Of a stretch of DNA of 64,000 bases, positions 1 to 14,200 are shown in pieces. The translations under genes and the position numbers were made by a program. Position 1 is the stretch's first letter; each line of letters begins with the position of its first letter. The notes below the pieces were generated by a model that saw nothing but the letters and a program-made list of their open reading frames with translations, searched no databases and was not told where the DNA came from. The stretch is from Phoronis australis (Eukaryota > Animalia > Phoronida), in assembly GCA_002633005.1 (NCBI GenBank), contig NMRA01000182.1, positions 319,077-383,076 of the forward strand, given 5' to 3'.

Positions 1-47
1 TGAGATGCCCACTACTTAGTCTGATTGAATTTCTTTATTTGACCGCT

Positions 48-122
48 GGTCCCGATGACTCAGTGGACTAGAGCATGTGCACGGTTAGCAGGAGGTCCCG
101 TGTTCAAGTCCAGGTTGGATCA
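48..122 (+). mobile_element. tRNA-derived SINE head or tRNA pseudogene
   Basis: A-box-like TGACTCAGTGG and B-box GTTCAAGTCC at tRNA-like spacing. Acceptor and anticodon stems pair poorly, so not called a functional tRNA. Confidence 0.55.
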
Positions 123-1100
123 GAAATCTTTTCAGACTTATATTTATTAAGTCACATGATATGGCCACAGGTGGCGTGTTGACCAGACTTAATAACGTTT
201 TGCGATTTCTTCACTTTTTGCTCTTCCAAAGCAAGGATCATCACATTCTTATCCTTGACTGAATTCAAATATAATACTATAGAATTGCCTGTAATTCCCC
301 TGACATCCACATTGCCTTGGCGGCCGAAACTTACCCCTTGTGACAAGCAAGTTAATATGCGCCGTTATTGCCCTTTAAGATGTTTTCTAAGCAGGATTTT
401 GACGTATGATATCTCTACTGTTTGAGGTTAAATTAATGTTCTCTGTGTACAAACCACACAAATTTTATAGTTTAAATATGAAAGTCATCTGCATTTTAGT
501 TTTTGTTTTGGAAATTTATGTTCAAATTAGAAATGACACTTTCCACACAAATTGGTGGTCACGTGATCATAAGTGACTGTCTGGTGTTCTGAGCCTTGGA
601 TTCAGCTTTTCATTCATTTTGGATTCAGAAAATATATACTTAGATGGACTGACAATGAACATCTATAATCAATTTTGGCAAAGCATGGAAAGGCTTCAAG
701 AAGGTTGACACTTGCCTTAAAACACAATATGGCGGAAAAGTGATAATTATACAATAGCATTTTCGCTCTTACCTGTTGCTATGCTCGTCTTGTGGTTAGG
801 CAGGTCAGTAGCTTGAGGAGAGGTCCAAGATAGCCAGGGATTGTTTCTTGATGGTTGCCTTGTTTTTTTTTGTTGGCTATGCTTAGTCTGTTTTACGAAC
901 TCAGACTAAGGCTAAAGGTCAGGAAATCTGTCTCTAACTTTAATCCAAAAGACAGAAATCTGTAGCCTGCTCAGGTGCATACCAAATGCCAAAGGAAAGA
1001 GCCGCTTTTGGCTATTTGTAGTCAAGTACTTGACTTTTGAAATAGGCCCACGGTCTTGTTTACCTTTTGAAAACTGAATTGTTGGTGGGTTCTGTAGTAG

Positions 1101-1328
1101 ACCCTGTGGGACAGTGTGCTGTGTGTACACTCTACCCTGTAGGGACACTGTGCTGTGTGAACACTCTACCCTGTGGGACACTGTGCTGTGTGAACACTCT
1201 ACCCTGTGGGACACTGTGCTGTGTGAACACTCTACCCTGTGGGACACTGTGCTGTGTGTACACTCTACCCTGTGGGACACAGTGCTGTGTGAACACTCTA
1301 CCCTGTGGGACACTGTGCTGTGTGAACA
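1101..1328. repeat. 33-bp minisatellite, ~7 copies (ACACTCTACCCTGTGGGACACTGTGCTGTGTGA)
   Basis: Tandem units start at e.g. 1161, 1194, 1227; explains the repetitive ORFs at 912-1449. Confidence 0.95.
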
Positions 1329-1570
1329 GTCTCACTTTTATGTTAGACTAGCTTGGAAAATAACAGAAAACAATTTTGTCTTTTGTTTAAAATCTGATCA
1401 GATTTTTACAACACTTGTAATTTGTTATTGTGAAAATTCTCCAGTTTAGGACACTAAAATTCAAGCCGAAATTGAATATTCGTGTTTCTGAAGATTGGGA
1501 CATGTGCGTTTTTGGTGTTCATCGCGTTTCTCACATATGCGTTCTGTATCAACAGTCTGGAAATAGACTT

Positions 1571-1822
1571 GGGGTCCGTTCCACGAAACTAACTTAAGTT
1601 CATTTTTGATTTAAGTCTTTTTGATTTGTCTTAACTTTCATACTTTGAAACTTCCACAACCGGTAAGATAGTTAAAATTAAGACAAAATTTTTACCGAAT
1701 ACTTTATTCAAAGTTAAGATCTCTTTCTTGAAACGGTATCGAGACAAATTTAAGTCTTAACTTAAGATTCACTAAAATTTAAGATTTGTCTTAGGTAAGT
1801 CAGTTTTGTTGGAACGGGCCCC
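1571..1822. mobile_element. MITE with GGG(G)CC-type TIRs (PIF/Harbinger-like)
   Basis: 5' GGGGTCCGTTCCACGAAACT and 3' AGTTTTGTTGGAACGGGCCCC are imperfect inverted repeats around an AT-rich, TTAAG-rich interior. Confidence 0.7.
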
Positions 1823-2285
1823 TGGTCTATTCATAAAGTCATCAAAAACAGCCGCCGACGCAACATTTTCAAGTGACCCTGCATTATGTAACATCGAGGT
1901 GAATGATTGGTTGTGGTTGATCAAAATTCTTGGATTTAGGACGGCCAATATCACCAATTCTGGACAAAAATTATTGCCAAAATTACTTTTTTTTGTTTTT
2001 CAAGGTCTAACATTGTGAATGCCCACATTTTTTTCAAAATATTTCCTGATGTTAGTTGTGATACAAAACATGCTTTTGTTAAAGCATTAATGTGATGCTA
2101 CATATTTTTATGAAAAAATAAACTAAAGTTTCATTTGTCCGCCACATTGTGTCATAAATTGGTGACATTTTTCAATATTCCAAATTTTTCGTACGAGAGT
2201 TCTTACCCTTGAGGTTACACAGTGCTCATCGTCCACCATATTTCTGTTTTGTCTATGATTATATTACTTGAGATTGTTTTCCAAG

Positions 2286-5200
2286 GTGTGTGGTGTGTCT
2301 CTGGTATTGAAGAGGGAGCCATGTTTGGGCCATTTGTTGGTGAAAAGTTGAAGAAGTTGCGCTCAACCAGTGACTCCGCGTATGTCTGGGAGGTAGGGAG
2401 AATTGAATAATTCCCATCTTTGTGAATGCAAGCTGTCGCCTTATGCATGTTAAGGAATTGGCTTATATTTGTTAATGTGAAAATCACACCTAAGCGCTAT
2501 AAAATGCACTTTTGATTAATGCAAAAATTTGAAGTAGTTTGCTTGGCCCTTGGGGCCATCAGTTCATTACTTTGCACAATTTTTTATTGCTGATTCCATG
2601 ATCCATGACTAAATTTTCAATGGCTGATGGAGCGTATTTCTTGCTCCTGGTTTCAAGTCATTTTATGCTGTCTCTTGCCGGTAAATAGTTACGTAGTCAT
2701 TGGCTGCCCTAAAGAACAGTAGTCAATGTGTTGGTCTAACAGATTTTCTGTTCCATATTCCAAATTCAGTTTCAATGTTTAATCTTCCAAGCTAGGCTGA
2801 ATTCATAAGGCTAGTTTCTGGCAAGACAAGATTGCAAGTTTGCATGATATTTTAATGCGTTACGAGCACAAAACATGTTCTCATTGGCTTTCACTTACAA
2901 AAGAACACGCCCGTCGTTTCTTACGAATCTTGAAAATCATGGATCTCCACTAGACTTTTAGAGTATGAAAACAAGTTGTACATCATGGCACTCAGTTTGT
3001 GGTGAAAGTGGCTTTGTTATTTCTTAGAATCTTCAATCTGACCCCGTGAACCCGTGAAACAAGATTTTTTTTTACTATGGCATGGGGTTTCAATAACATG
3101 ATCAAATATCATTTGACATGAATAATCAGTGGGGAATCTTAAAAATGCTGTTATAATAGTTTTCTAAATATGGTTTCATTTTCAATTTATGCAACTCATG
3201 AAAAGTGGAACTTTTCAAAAACAATTCCTACAGCGTTTTTGAGAACAGTGCTTAAGCATAGTATGTGAAATGCTCGTATGAATTGGAATAATTGTTTATG
3301 AGATGTGTCGTTCCAAAGTTAGCCACATTTGCACGTTTTTGTGGAGTAACCTGAATGTTATTGAACTGTGTTTGCAGATTGTTGATGAGCGGACCAGTCG
3401 TTACCTGTACTCCATTGACGCCACAGATCCCAGCAAGTCTAACTGGATGAGACATGTCAAGTGCGCTCAATACTTTGAGGATCAGAACTTAGTCTCAGTT
3501 CAGAGAGACGGCAACATCTACTATCGAGCTATTCGGGTCAGTCAAGTTGTATTTTGATTAATGCTGCAGTACAATAACCCTTGTTCTGTGTGAGCAACTG
3601 AGGTTTGATTTAGTTCACCGCTATGAAATTTGGTCTCGGTGTTACCTTTACTTAGTTGAGAAGTGATTTCTAGGCTTGGAAGGAGCTGACAGTGCGTTAT
3701 TGCTTGATGTCATTCTTGGCGTATGAAATGCCATGACGGCATCCAGGGGCAGCTCCACGATTTTTAGTTAGGGGGGCAGGGCAGAGTATTAGCCTGAATT
3801 TTGCCCATTAGACATTCACACCCCCGAAGTGCCAAATGGATTATGGGGGAATTTTAGGGGGGGCATGGCCCCCTTGACCCCCCCCCCCCCTTAAATCCGC
3901 CATTGGCATCTTGTAGAGCCCAGTCTCAATGATAACAAACCATCAGTTGTTTCCAAGGCCTCAAACCACCTCTAAATTTTATAGCTGTCAGTGGTCTAAA
4001 TCAAATTGATTTTGATGCAAGGGGGTTTAACAGTGGTTTTCAATGTATTTTTGTCTTAGCTGGAGTTGTGTAGAATATCCAGCAGTGTGTTAACATCCTG
4101 ACATACTTCAACTTCTTGGTCAATTGATTGAGGCAATTTCTTGGCCTTATATAAAAGTGCAAGTGATCGTCCATATTTATTAATAATTTCAACAGCATAC
4201 AAAACATACTTTTTCACAGATCTCCCCCTTAAGGTTATTTAAGACATTATTAAAAATAAGCATATTTATCCAAATGTCTACAAAACGGTAGAATTTAACT
4301 CATTAAAAGTATATATTTTTTGAAAGTATAAAGCCTGTAACATTTGATATTTGACTTTTAACCAATCTGCAATTGATTGGATCACGTGACCTCATTTTAG
4401 TAAAGTTTAGCAAAAAGAAAGGTACATTGAAAGTAAAACAGTGGTATTCATAACATGACCAAATTTCATTTGATGCAAATGTTCGTGATGAAATCTCAAA
4501 AGCACTGTAAAGTTTTCTAGTTATCATTTTATTTTTGTCATAAAAAATGAATTGCATTGAATGAATGTTTCATCAATTTCATTAGTGTTGTATCATAGCA
4601 ACCAACAGACATTTTGATAAATTGTGGACAGTCACAACAAATTTAAAAGTCTTTGAAATGTGAAAAAATTCAATTTTGGCAATTATTTTTGTACAAAATT
4701 GCTGAGGTTTTAGAGTAGGCAAAATGTTTATTTGGTGCTCTGTTTCAGTGATAAATGAGACATTGCAAATTGTCTTGTTCATCAAGTTGTGTCCTGCATG
4801 GATTTTATTGTTCAATAATAAATATTTCTGAAATCATAGCCCACTTGCTTTCATTGATGGAAAGTTTAATACATTTGACACAAGTCTAAAAGTCAGTTTT
4901 ATGTAAAGCATACGTTCAGTTGTTGATAGGAAAGTGTTAGGCATATGACATTCAGCTATAGAAAAGCACGAAACAGTGCAGCCAACTTAGATTCAACTGT
5001 AGTCCATATCCACACTCAGTGACCATCTTCATAAACACTTAAAGGAACTTTGCACAAATAATGATTCGAGACTTTTAATAAAACTGCCTCTTTCAGAGTT
5101 CATCCACTTTATTTGATTCTGTTTTGCAGGAAATCAGTGTTGGAGAGGAGCTCCTGGTTTGGTATGAACTAGTCAAAACAAGGAAGAAGAAGAAAAATGG

Positions 5201-8200
5201 TAAGTTAATTATTTCTTCAGCAGTTAAATGGCAGTCTTAACACTGTAATTAGTGTGACAGGGTCATTTGCATGCAACATGTTAGGCATATTGAATCAAAC
5301 ACACTAAAGTTATTGGTGGTTTTGAGAGCATAGTCGGTCAAGCTGTGGTAACTGATGTTGACTTGGTGTTGTGTTAGTTGGCGTAGAACTGTTGTGGGCA
5401 GTCAGTGCGTCAGTGACAACGCCATATAAGAACAACATAGTTAAATAATAAGGAACAGTGTTGGCATAGCCCCTAAAAATATTATGTCGACTTCTTTTCT
5501 TGTTCGTGTATGATGGGGAGGCTCTAGGTCCCCCCTAAGTCCTCCTATGTAATTCTACACACTGAAGAAAACTAAGAACCTGTATTCAATGGAAAAGAAC
5601 TCCGGACTAAATATTTTCATAAAACTCTTTGCAGACACTCCTAAGAAGTCACTTGCTCAACCCAAGATATCTCCGGAAAAGTCTCAGCCAGGCACTAAAA
5701 GTACTGACAATAAGGTTCCTAAGGGCTCACCCACTGCCATCAAAGGGAAGAAACCTTCCAGTAGCCCTGTGCAAGGACCCCCGAACAAAAAGAGCAAGAT
5801 AGACACATCCTCACATAAATCAGAAAATGGTGACACTGTGGTAGGAAAAACTGAAAATTCACCACCAAAATCTGGCGAATTGATTAAGAGACCAACTGAT
5901 TCACCAGTTCGTGTGACTCCAAAACGAAAAAGTAAAAACATCCCATCCTATAACGAAACCATGCAGATAGCACTGCTACAGATTGCGGGAAACAACCTTC
6001 GCATAAAGCAATATGAAGCCGCTGCGGCCAAAGACAATTCGCTTAATGAGCAAACCGAAAATGGAGCTGAGTTGCAGGTTCAAATTTCATCCAATGAGAA
6101 ACGATCTGTTCATAGCAACTCGGGAGAAGATAGGCAGGTGAAATCTACAAAGAAAAGAGAAAAGAAGAAAAACAGAAACAAAAATGTAATCGGAAGGAAA
6201 AAACCAAAAGTAAAGATGGGAGTTTCTGTTGATAATGTAGAGAGTACAAGCAAAAAAGTTAAACGTTCTAGACAGTCTAAATCTTCACCTGGGCCATTGA
6301 AATCAGAAAATAAACCAGCTGAAGCTACGAATGACAAACAAGAGACTCACCATGTGCCTGATATGGATGACAGCTCTGGCAAGCTGTTTATGAAGGAATA
6401 TAGGAATCGTAATCCATTGCCCAAGACAGCTTATGTCTTCAAGTTAGAACAACATCACACGGCCACAGGCCGTATGGGACGGAAGATCTACAAGTGTGAT
6501 ATTTGCTCAGCTGTCTATCGGCAGGCGTTCAGTATCAAGAGGCACTATATACGTAACCATGTCAACTACAAGTACCTGTCGGAGATAGACTTGAAGAACT
6601 GCAACATTACACCTAGGATGGTCATGACACAAGTTTCACGAATGAAGAAGGTCAGTGGTGAAGTAGATGAGGGCAAAACAGAGAAGGAGCGCTGGATTGG
6701 TGGGAATATGTCTGCTGGTGGTAAGCAGGAGCGCCTGATTGGTGGGAGTAGCCCTGTTGACGCGAAGGAGCAGACCATAAAGGTTGGCAATAATGCTGCT
6801 GGTGATACGAAGGTTGATGCCATTCATCCTAGTTGTGGCAAGGCTGATGACATAACTGATGGAAAGGAAAATTGCTTGGGTGCTGGTGATAGACAGAAGA
6901 TTGTGATTGGTAGCACTGACTGTTGTGATGCTAGGGACAGGATTCTGATTGGTGGAAAAGGCAATGTTAGCATTGAGGAAAATGTCTTTGGGGGCACTGA
7001 CACTGCTAGTGATAAAGAGGAGATTCTGGTTGGTGGAAAAGACGATGCGAGTAGTGAGGTGAAGCTGATTGGTGGAACTAACTTTGTTGATGGTAAAGAG
7101 AGGATTCTGATTGGTGGAAAGGATAATGATAATAGTGAAAAGATTGTGACTGGTGGAAATGATTCTGATGATGGTAAAGCAGAGATACTGAATGACAATT
7201 GTGTTGCTCTTAAAGATGTACTTTTGATTTGTGAAACAGGTCAAGCCACTGAAAAAAATGTCACTAGTGAATTGGGGCGTGACATGGTAAATAATACGCA
7301 CAAGAGTCCATCACATGGTGACAGTGCAGGTCCTGACCTATCAAGTGATGGAGGTCAGAGTGCATTGGTAGGTAATGTTTCTAGTGGACACATTGATGCG
7401 AAAAATGGAGGTTGTACCTCTAGAGGTGGTGTGGGTGACATGTCTGCTGGTGAAGAAAATGTGGCTGGAGTAAGTAAACAAGAGCAAGGTGAAGACTGTG
7501 AAAAGTGTGTTGGGGATAGTTTTAATTCTCCAACAGACACTACAGTTAGAGAATTTGCAGATTTGACTCAAAGTCAAAGCCTTGTCCCCTGTGATCAGGT
7601 AAACAATAATGATAGTGGTGTGAAGGACTCGGCGCTGATCAAGGACTCTTGTATTGTGCATGATAAGCAGAACAGTTGTGGCGATGGGTCAGTTGTGAGT
7701 GGTGCTGGTACAAGTTATTGTGAAATTGGTGAAAGTAGTGGTGACAAAGAGATTGGTACTAAGATCTCGAAGAATTCCACAGAGTTGGTTAACAAGGATA
7801 ATTCTTCCAAGGATATTGACAGTGAGACCACATCCAAAGGTGATGTATCGGGCGTTGTGATAAATAGCAGTGGGAAAGAGGAAAAGCTTGGAAAGGACCA
7901 TTCTGAGGGCTTAGCTCAAGCCAACAACAACGTGCTTCAGGGTCTGTATTACTGTAATATATGTGGTGATCTGTTTGATGCCCCGAAGGAGCTGCGGAGC
8001 CATGCCCAAAGTCACTCTGCTACAGAGAAGGAAGACGTGTATGAGTACAGCTGTAGCCAGTGTGACATGAAGTTTACCCAGAGGCAGAACCTGATGAGAC
8101 ACAGTGCAGTCCACACAGGTAGGGATGAATGCATGTTTATTGCATAGATTCTGAATTGAGCTGTTGGTAAGAAATGTCCAAGAGCAAAATACATGTGTGA

Positions 8201-11200
8201 GAAGTGATTTTATTTTTTGTGAAATTTTCGTGTCGTATTGTCTTCATTGTTAACATACCAAGGTTTGTACCCTGTATCTAGCATGAGAAAAGATATCTAG
8301 CATAAGAAAAGATTTGTTAATGCTTAACTTTGTTCATTTGCAGTTAGATAGTTTGACCTTCAAAGAATAGAAAAATACTTCTGTGGACATTTTTTGTTGG
8401 CAAAATAACTGAAGAGTTCTTGTTTGTTATTTTTATGTGCCCACATATTTATATGTGGTCGCATATTGCCCTCATCTCTGTCTGAGCGTCTGGTGTGCGG
8501 CGTCCGCAGTTGTTTCTCCTAAACTCCACGCAGGATCTCGATGAGATTTGGCAGATGTGTTCCTATGAAGCTGACTATGTATTTCGGACCTATCCGAATA
8601 TCAGTGTGCCCTCAAGTGGCAATTTTAGTTTTTTACGTTTACCTCTGTATCTTCGGAGGTCCTCACGGATTATCGTAAAATTTGGCAGTTAGGCATCTAT
8701 TAGTGAGATGATGCTATTCTCCCGTTTTTTGATGGATTCGAGGTACTTTGCGCCACCTAGTGGCCATTTTCTATGTTTTCTAGTCTGCTTTTCGGCGTCC
8801 ACCGTTCTGTCAAATAAACCGCTCTAGGGATGATTTTGGAAATTGGCATATGTTCTTATTGTGAAGAGTGCGGCTGACGATTTTCCGATTACTTCGACTA
8901 CTGGGGCACCTCCTAGTGGCAATTTTGTTGGTTTTTGCGCCTATGGCTGTATCTCCTATGCCCTCAGTAGGATCTTTATTAAATTTAGCAAGTGTATAAA
9001 TATATGAACTTGACAACAAACGACGATGACTTTCGAACAGATCGGACTACCGGTGTGCCCCCTAGTGGCAATTTTAGTTTTTTAATTTTCCCAAGTCTGT
9101 ATCTTCAAAGGTTCTCAACGGATTTTCATAGAATATGGCAGATAGGTATCTATTAGTGAGTTGTCGCTATCCTCCGGTTTTCCATTTGATTTGTGATATT
9201 TTGTGCCACCTAGTGGCCATTTTTACTGTTTTTAAGTGCTTGTTATTTGGCGTCTGCCCCTTGGTCAACCAAACCACTCTAAGGATGGTTGTGGAAATTG
9301 ACATGTATGTTCCTAATGTGAAGAGGAGGTCTGACGATGATTTTCCGAGGACTTCATCTTCTGTGGCACCTCCTAGTGGCAGTTAAGCTTTTTTGCGCCC
9401 ATAGCCTCCTAGTGGCAATTTCAGTTTTTTCATTTTCCTCAGTTTTTAGAAGTTTTTTGATGGATTTTTATGAAATTTGGTAGCTTTGATGACACATACC
9501 AGTTTTTGGATGGATTCGACATATTTTGCGCCATCTAGTGGCCATTTTTATGATTCAAATAAACACCCCTAGAAGCACACCATATGCGGTGCATTTGTGG
9601 GCGCATTTCTACGCTCTGTGCCACTCTTGTTATAGAAATGCTTTAACGTAGCTCTACATTCCTTTAGCGTAGGCATTTCTGAAATTTTTGTTTTTTGGGA
9701 GCATATGATGTAAATTTGCCCGAACATACGCGAGAGAAGAGTTTTTCTCTCTTTGGTTGCCACCAATTCCATCTCTACTATACCAATTTTACCCCTACCA
9801 CACCAATTTTACCCCTACCATACCAATTTTATCTCTACCAAACCAATTTTACCCTTACCATACCAATTTTATCCCTACCATACCAATTTTACCCCTACCA
9901 TACCAATTTTATCCCTACCATACCAATTTNTTTCATCCCCACCTAGTCTACACACATGTGAATGATTTATTTTTCATGTGATTTTCCAATGGATGCTACA
10001 GTGCTCAAATTATTGCTTGGTTTACCCAAACTGGAGTTCCAAATTGTCCCTCACCTGCTTGTGGTTCTTGGTTCACGCTTATATTTTTGTGTCTCCTAAT
10101 CAAACTGTATTTATTTTTGGCCCTAACAAATTGTCCCAATAGAAGTAGTTATTCTCTAGGTTAACATGTTGTTAGTGATCAATGTTAAATATATCGTACC
10201 TGACATATACAGAACAATTATTGCAAATTGTTATCGGTATTACAGGAGCACGTCCTTACAAATGTCAATATTGTGGGAAGACGTTTCCAACATCGAGGAA
10301 CCAGAAACGACACGAGAAGATCCATTTAGGCGAGCGTGTGTTCACGTGTGTCTACTGTGACCATAGCTTCACTAAGACTGGACATTTAAAAAAGCATGTT
10401 CGCTACAGGTCAGTGAAACCAAACGATGCACAACTGCGAGATTATCTTTTCTTACTTAACACCTTTTGCTAATGCCCTTTGTGGAGTTTTTTCCCATTTC
10501 TTCTTGTACACCAAGCATGGCAATGAGGGTAACTACCCTGGAGAACTGAACCCTCTTAAATAAGCCATCACAAAATTGTTGGGTTTCCTACCACTTTGGG
10601 AACAGACCAAGCAAAAGTGAAAGCTTCTGACAAAATAGTGCAAAGCAGTAACAATATCAGCTTTATATCCTGTTAAAACTAAAACGTGACTTCTTTCAAG
10701 AATATTAAGTGTTCACTTTTTATAATGTCAATGCCTACACTGCTAGAGGCTATCTATCCAAAATGACATCTGTGTTCAGACTGTTTGTAGACATTTGATT
10801 GCTTGTGGGTAATTGTCAATGGTCATGATATCATTTCAGGTTTCTCCTCATTACCTTTTGACTGTCTAGTTTCTAATCATATTGTAAATCTTTAATGGCC
10901 GAACACTCTCTTAAACGCCTTGAACCATTTTTTGTAAAATTGCCATTTTTTGCTTTGAATACAAATTGAAAAACAACACTGCAGGCAATTTTGTGTTTGA
11001 ACTAGGTACACATGCAGGGAACTGTGTCTCAGATTTTTGTTCACTTTCAAACAGCAAAGGTATCAGCTAACAATCTCCCTTTTTTGAAACAACATTCTAA
11101 CTTTTATCTTATGACAGCCAATATCTCCGTTGTTCGCAGGAAAGTCAAGGATCTGAGAAATGGCTCTCTCAGCCATAGACCCTTAAACATGCAAAAATAA

Positions 11201-14200
11201 ATCAATATTCTAAATCAAAAAGGTTGGGCATTGCCTTAATGTGGAAGAAATGTTAGACTAAGTTCAGGTACTCCAATACAGATGACTCTGAAGGTAGCAA
11301 AGTTTGTGCTTAAATTGTCATGCGCAGGGTTTACTTAGCATGCTTGATGCTACATCCATGTTGAAAATTTATTACTGATACTGTTAATATTACAGCCATC
11401 CTTTGCTGTTCCATGAATGCAAGCTGTGCAAGAAATACTTCCCAAACTTGGGATTACTACAAGAACATATGAAGACCCATGACAGTGCCGCCTGGGAAGC
11501 CTACAACAAAAAGAACGCCAAGCAGGAGAAGGAGTCAACTGAAAATTCCCAGAAGTCTGTTGTCGATGGGAACGGTCGAAGAAAGAGAGAAGCAACTAAA
11601 CGTCTTTTCATGGATGATGAGTATGGTAGTAAAAACAGTGATCCAACCTCTTTTAAATTTTCGTGTACCGTGTGCAAGAAAAAGTTTGGTACCTATGCAA
11701 ATATGTGCAGACATCGCATCCTTCAGCATGAGCGCAATGGGTTGGTGGTTGGACGTCGGAAGCCCAACCAGTCAGATCGTAAAGTGGCGTCCAGTTCTAT
11801 GAAACGACGTCGTGGTGGCGTCGTGCCTCAGCCAACTCCGGAGGAGAAGGCAACATTCTATGCTCAGGTTGCTCAGGAAATTGCATCGAACCTAAGTTAC
11901 TATATTGATGGTAAAAAGTCCTCCTTGGACAAATGCACTGCTCATATTAAATCGGGTGACAAACTGAATTCTAATCAATTTTCTATTTTGAGTAACATTG
12001 ACTGGCAAAGGTATAATTTACCTGAAGGCTTTGGCAGTAGTAAACCAGTCACATTCATAAATTCTAGTGATGAGAAGGAAACAGAACCACCAGTTTTGAC
12101 ACCTGTTGATCAAGATGATGTCACAATGGAAACCGATTCCAGATCCTCCTCACCTCCGCTTCTAAATGCCATGTCAACAGATGCCTGCATCGGTAACTTG
12201 CCAACAAATGAAGCACTGCCTACCATAACCGAAACTGTACCTGTCGGCAAAAAAGAGGACAAGGAAAGTGGTGCTGTCTCCAGTATGAATGACCCTGTGA
12301 TTTCTGAGGGTTCTTTGTCGGTTACTAATGGTGACGAATCCAAAGTGGTGTCTGGTGTGTCTCGTTTGTTTGGACCTCTTGGCTTGAGGAATGTTGCTCA
12401 TATCGACTTAATGGAGGAGCTATCCGTTGTGACTGATCTCCCATACAGACCGGTTACACGTTATGTGTGCAATGTATGCCAGTACGAGTATTTCCATTAT
12501 GATGATCTAGTAACACACCAGAATATGGACCATCCAAATGTGGTGTGTACTTACTTGGAACTGGGCCACGGTGAAAATGTCCCCCTTCTTGCCAGCCCAA
12601 AGCCGACGGGTTTGTTAAACAGGATGGCTAGCACATGCCCAATGTCTGTGGCACCACAACCATCAAACTACGTCTGCACAAAATGTGAGTTGGGTTTCAC
12701 TGACATCTCCAAGTTACATGGTCATATAATAACCTGTGCTGGTGCAGAAGAGGATACACCGCCACTCTTGTCTCCAGCAGACATGAATGGGGAGCCAAAA
12801 AAACGTAAGCACAGGATCTCGATCAAACCTCTGAATGCAAAGAAAGGAAGGGCCCCAGGGAAGAGAAAAGAGGACAAAAGTAAAGTTGCAACTCCTTTGA
12901 AACTGAACAGCAAAGCCAACGGTGACGTGAGAAGCAGTACTGATGCCATGTCTGAGGAATACAAGTGCACTAATTGTGGTAGAAGCTGTAAAAGTCTGGC
13001 AGCTGTTACAACTCATCAAAAATACTGTGTCCTTAGAGCACAACCAAACATCTTTGGGAAGACTAAAAGGATCTACATAAAGAAGATGAAGCCTGCTCTG
13101 AAGAAATTTGTTTGTAAGCACTGTAAGAGAGTTTTCAGTTATAATGGGTCCTTCAAGAAACATGTCGCTGAAAGCTGCCCTGTGCTCTATGGGAAAGGAC
13201 TGTCACCCAAAAAGAAAGATGGAACACTTGCTAAGGATGGGGTAGACACTCCGTGCAAAATGCAAAACAAAGAAAATGTTCCTGGGACAAGTTCACCTGT
13301 CAAAACCTACAAAACCAAGCCTACCATTGTTCTGAATCCTTCAACGTCGGATGTAATTCCTATTTTGACTGTGAGCAACAATGCAAAACAAGTGAAGAAA
13401 AGGCAGAGAAGAAAAAGAAGGCGAACATCTATAAAGGATGAGGATGATTTGGAGATGACAAGTGAAGAGCTCATATTACTGAAGATCAAGGGTAGGAAGA
13501 GAACACCAGTAAATAATGAAAGGAATTCTTTAGAAGTGCAGGTCAGTGACACCGTAAAGAAACCTACAAAGGTTTCCCCCAAAACCAGGAAGACGCCTTC
13601 TCCTAAGACGCAAAAGGAAGAAAGTCAAACCTCTGAGATTTCACTAACTAATGGTGAAAAGAAGGTTCTGAAACGTAAAAAAGCATCACCAAAAATGAAC
13701 AAAGAAGAAATTCAAACCTCAGTAATTTCAACAATTAATGACGAAAAAAAGGCCTCACCTAAAGATGAAGATAAGAAACCATCAGAAATCAAGAGATCCA
13801 AAAAGAAGGCAAATGCTAAGGTTGACGATGTTGTAGGAAGTGGGGATAAGGACGTTTCAGCAGGGGACTGTGATGTGGCAGAGCTGGCGAGACGTCTAAG
13901 TGAACAAAATGGAAGCTTAAATGGCTTGGATGGTACCACTGCTGAAGACTCTCAACATGTGCCTGGTTCTCCAGTTGTTAGGAAAAGAAAGAAAGAATCA
14001 CCAAAACTGCTTGGATTAACCCCTGCGAAAACAAATGCAAGTAGTGAAAAAACAAGCATTACAAAAAAAGTTAACGAGACAACGCCGAACAAGAAATCAC
14101 CCAAGGTCAGGACCACCGAGTCTGACAAGAAAAGTGAACATAAAACCAAAAACACAAAAAGATCGCTAGACACGAGGACTCCAGAAGTCAAAACGAAAAG

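Noticed and set aside
48-122. Functional tRNA gene
   Set aside because: A and B boxes present but cloverleaf stems are broken.
1101-1328. CRISPR-like array or repeat-protein ORFs (912-1449)
   Set aside because: Contiguous 33-bp units with no unique spacers, no cas genes, eukaryotic context; the ORFs arise from a stop-free unit divisible by 3.
5684-8194. Antisense ORFs over the PRDM2 giant exons (also 11350-14254)
   Set aside because: Shadows of low-complexity coding sequence on the plus strand, with no recognisable motifs.
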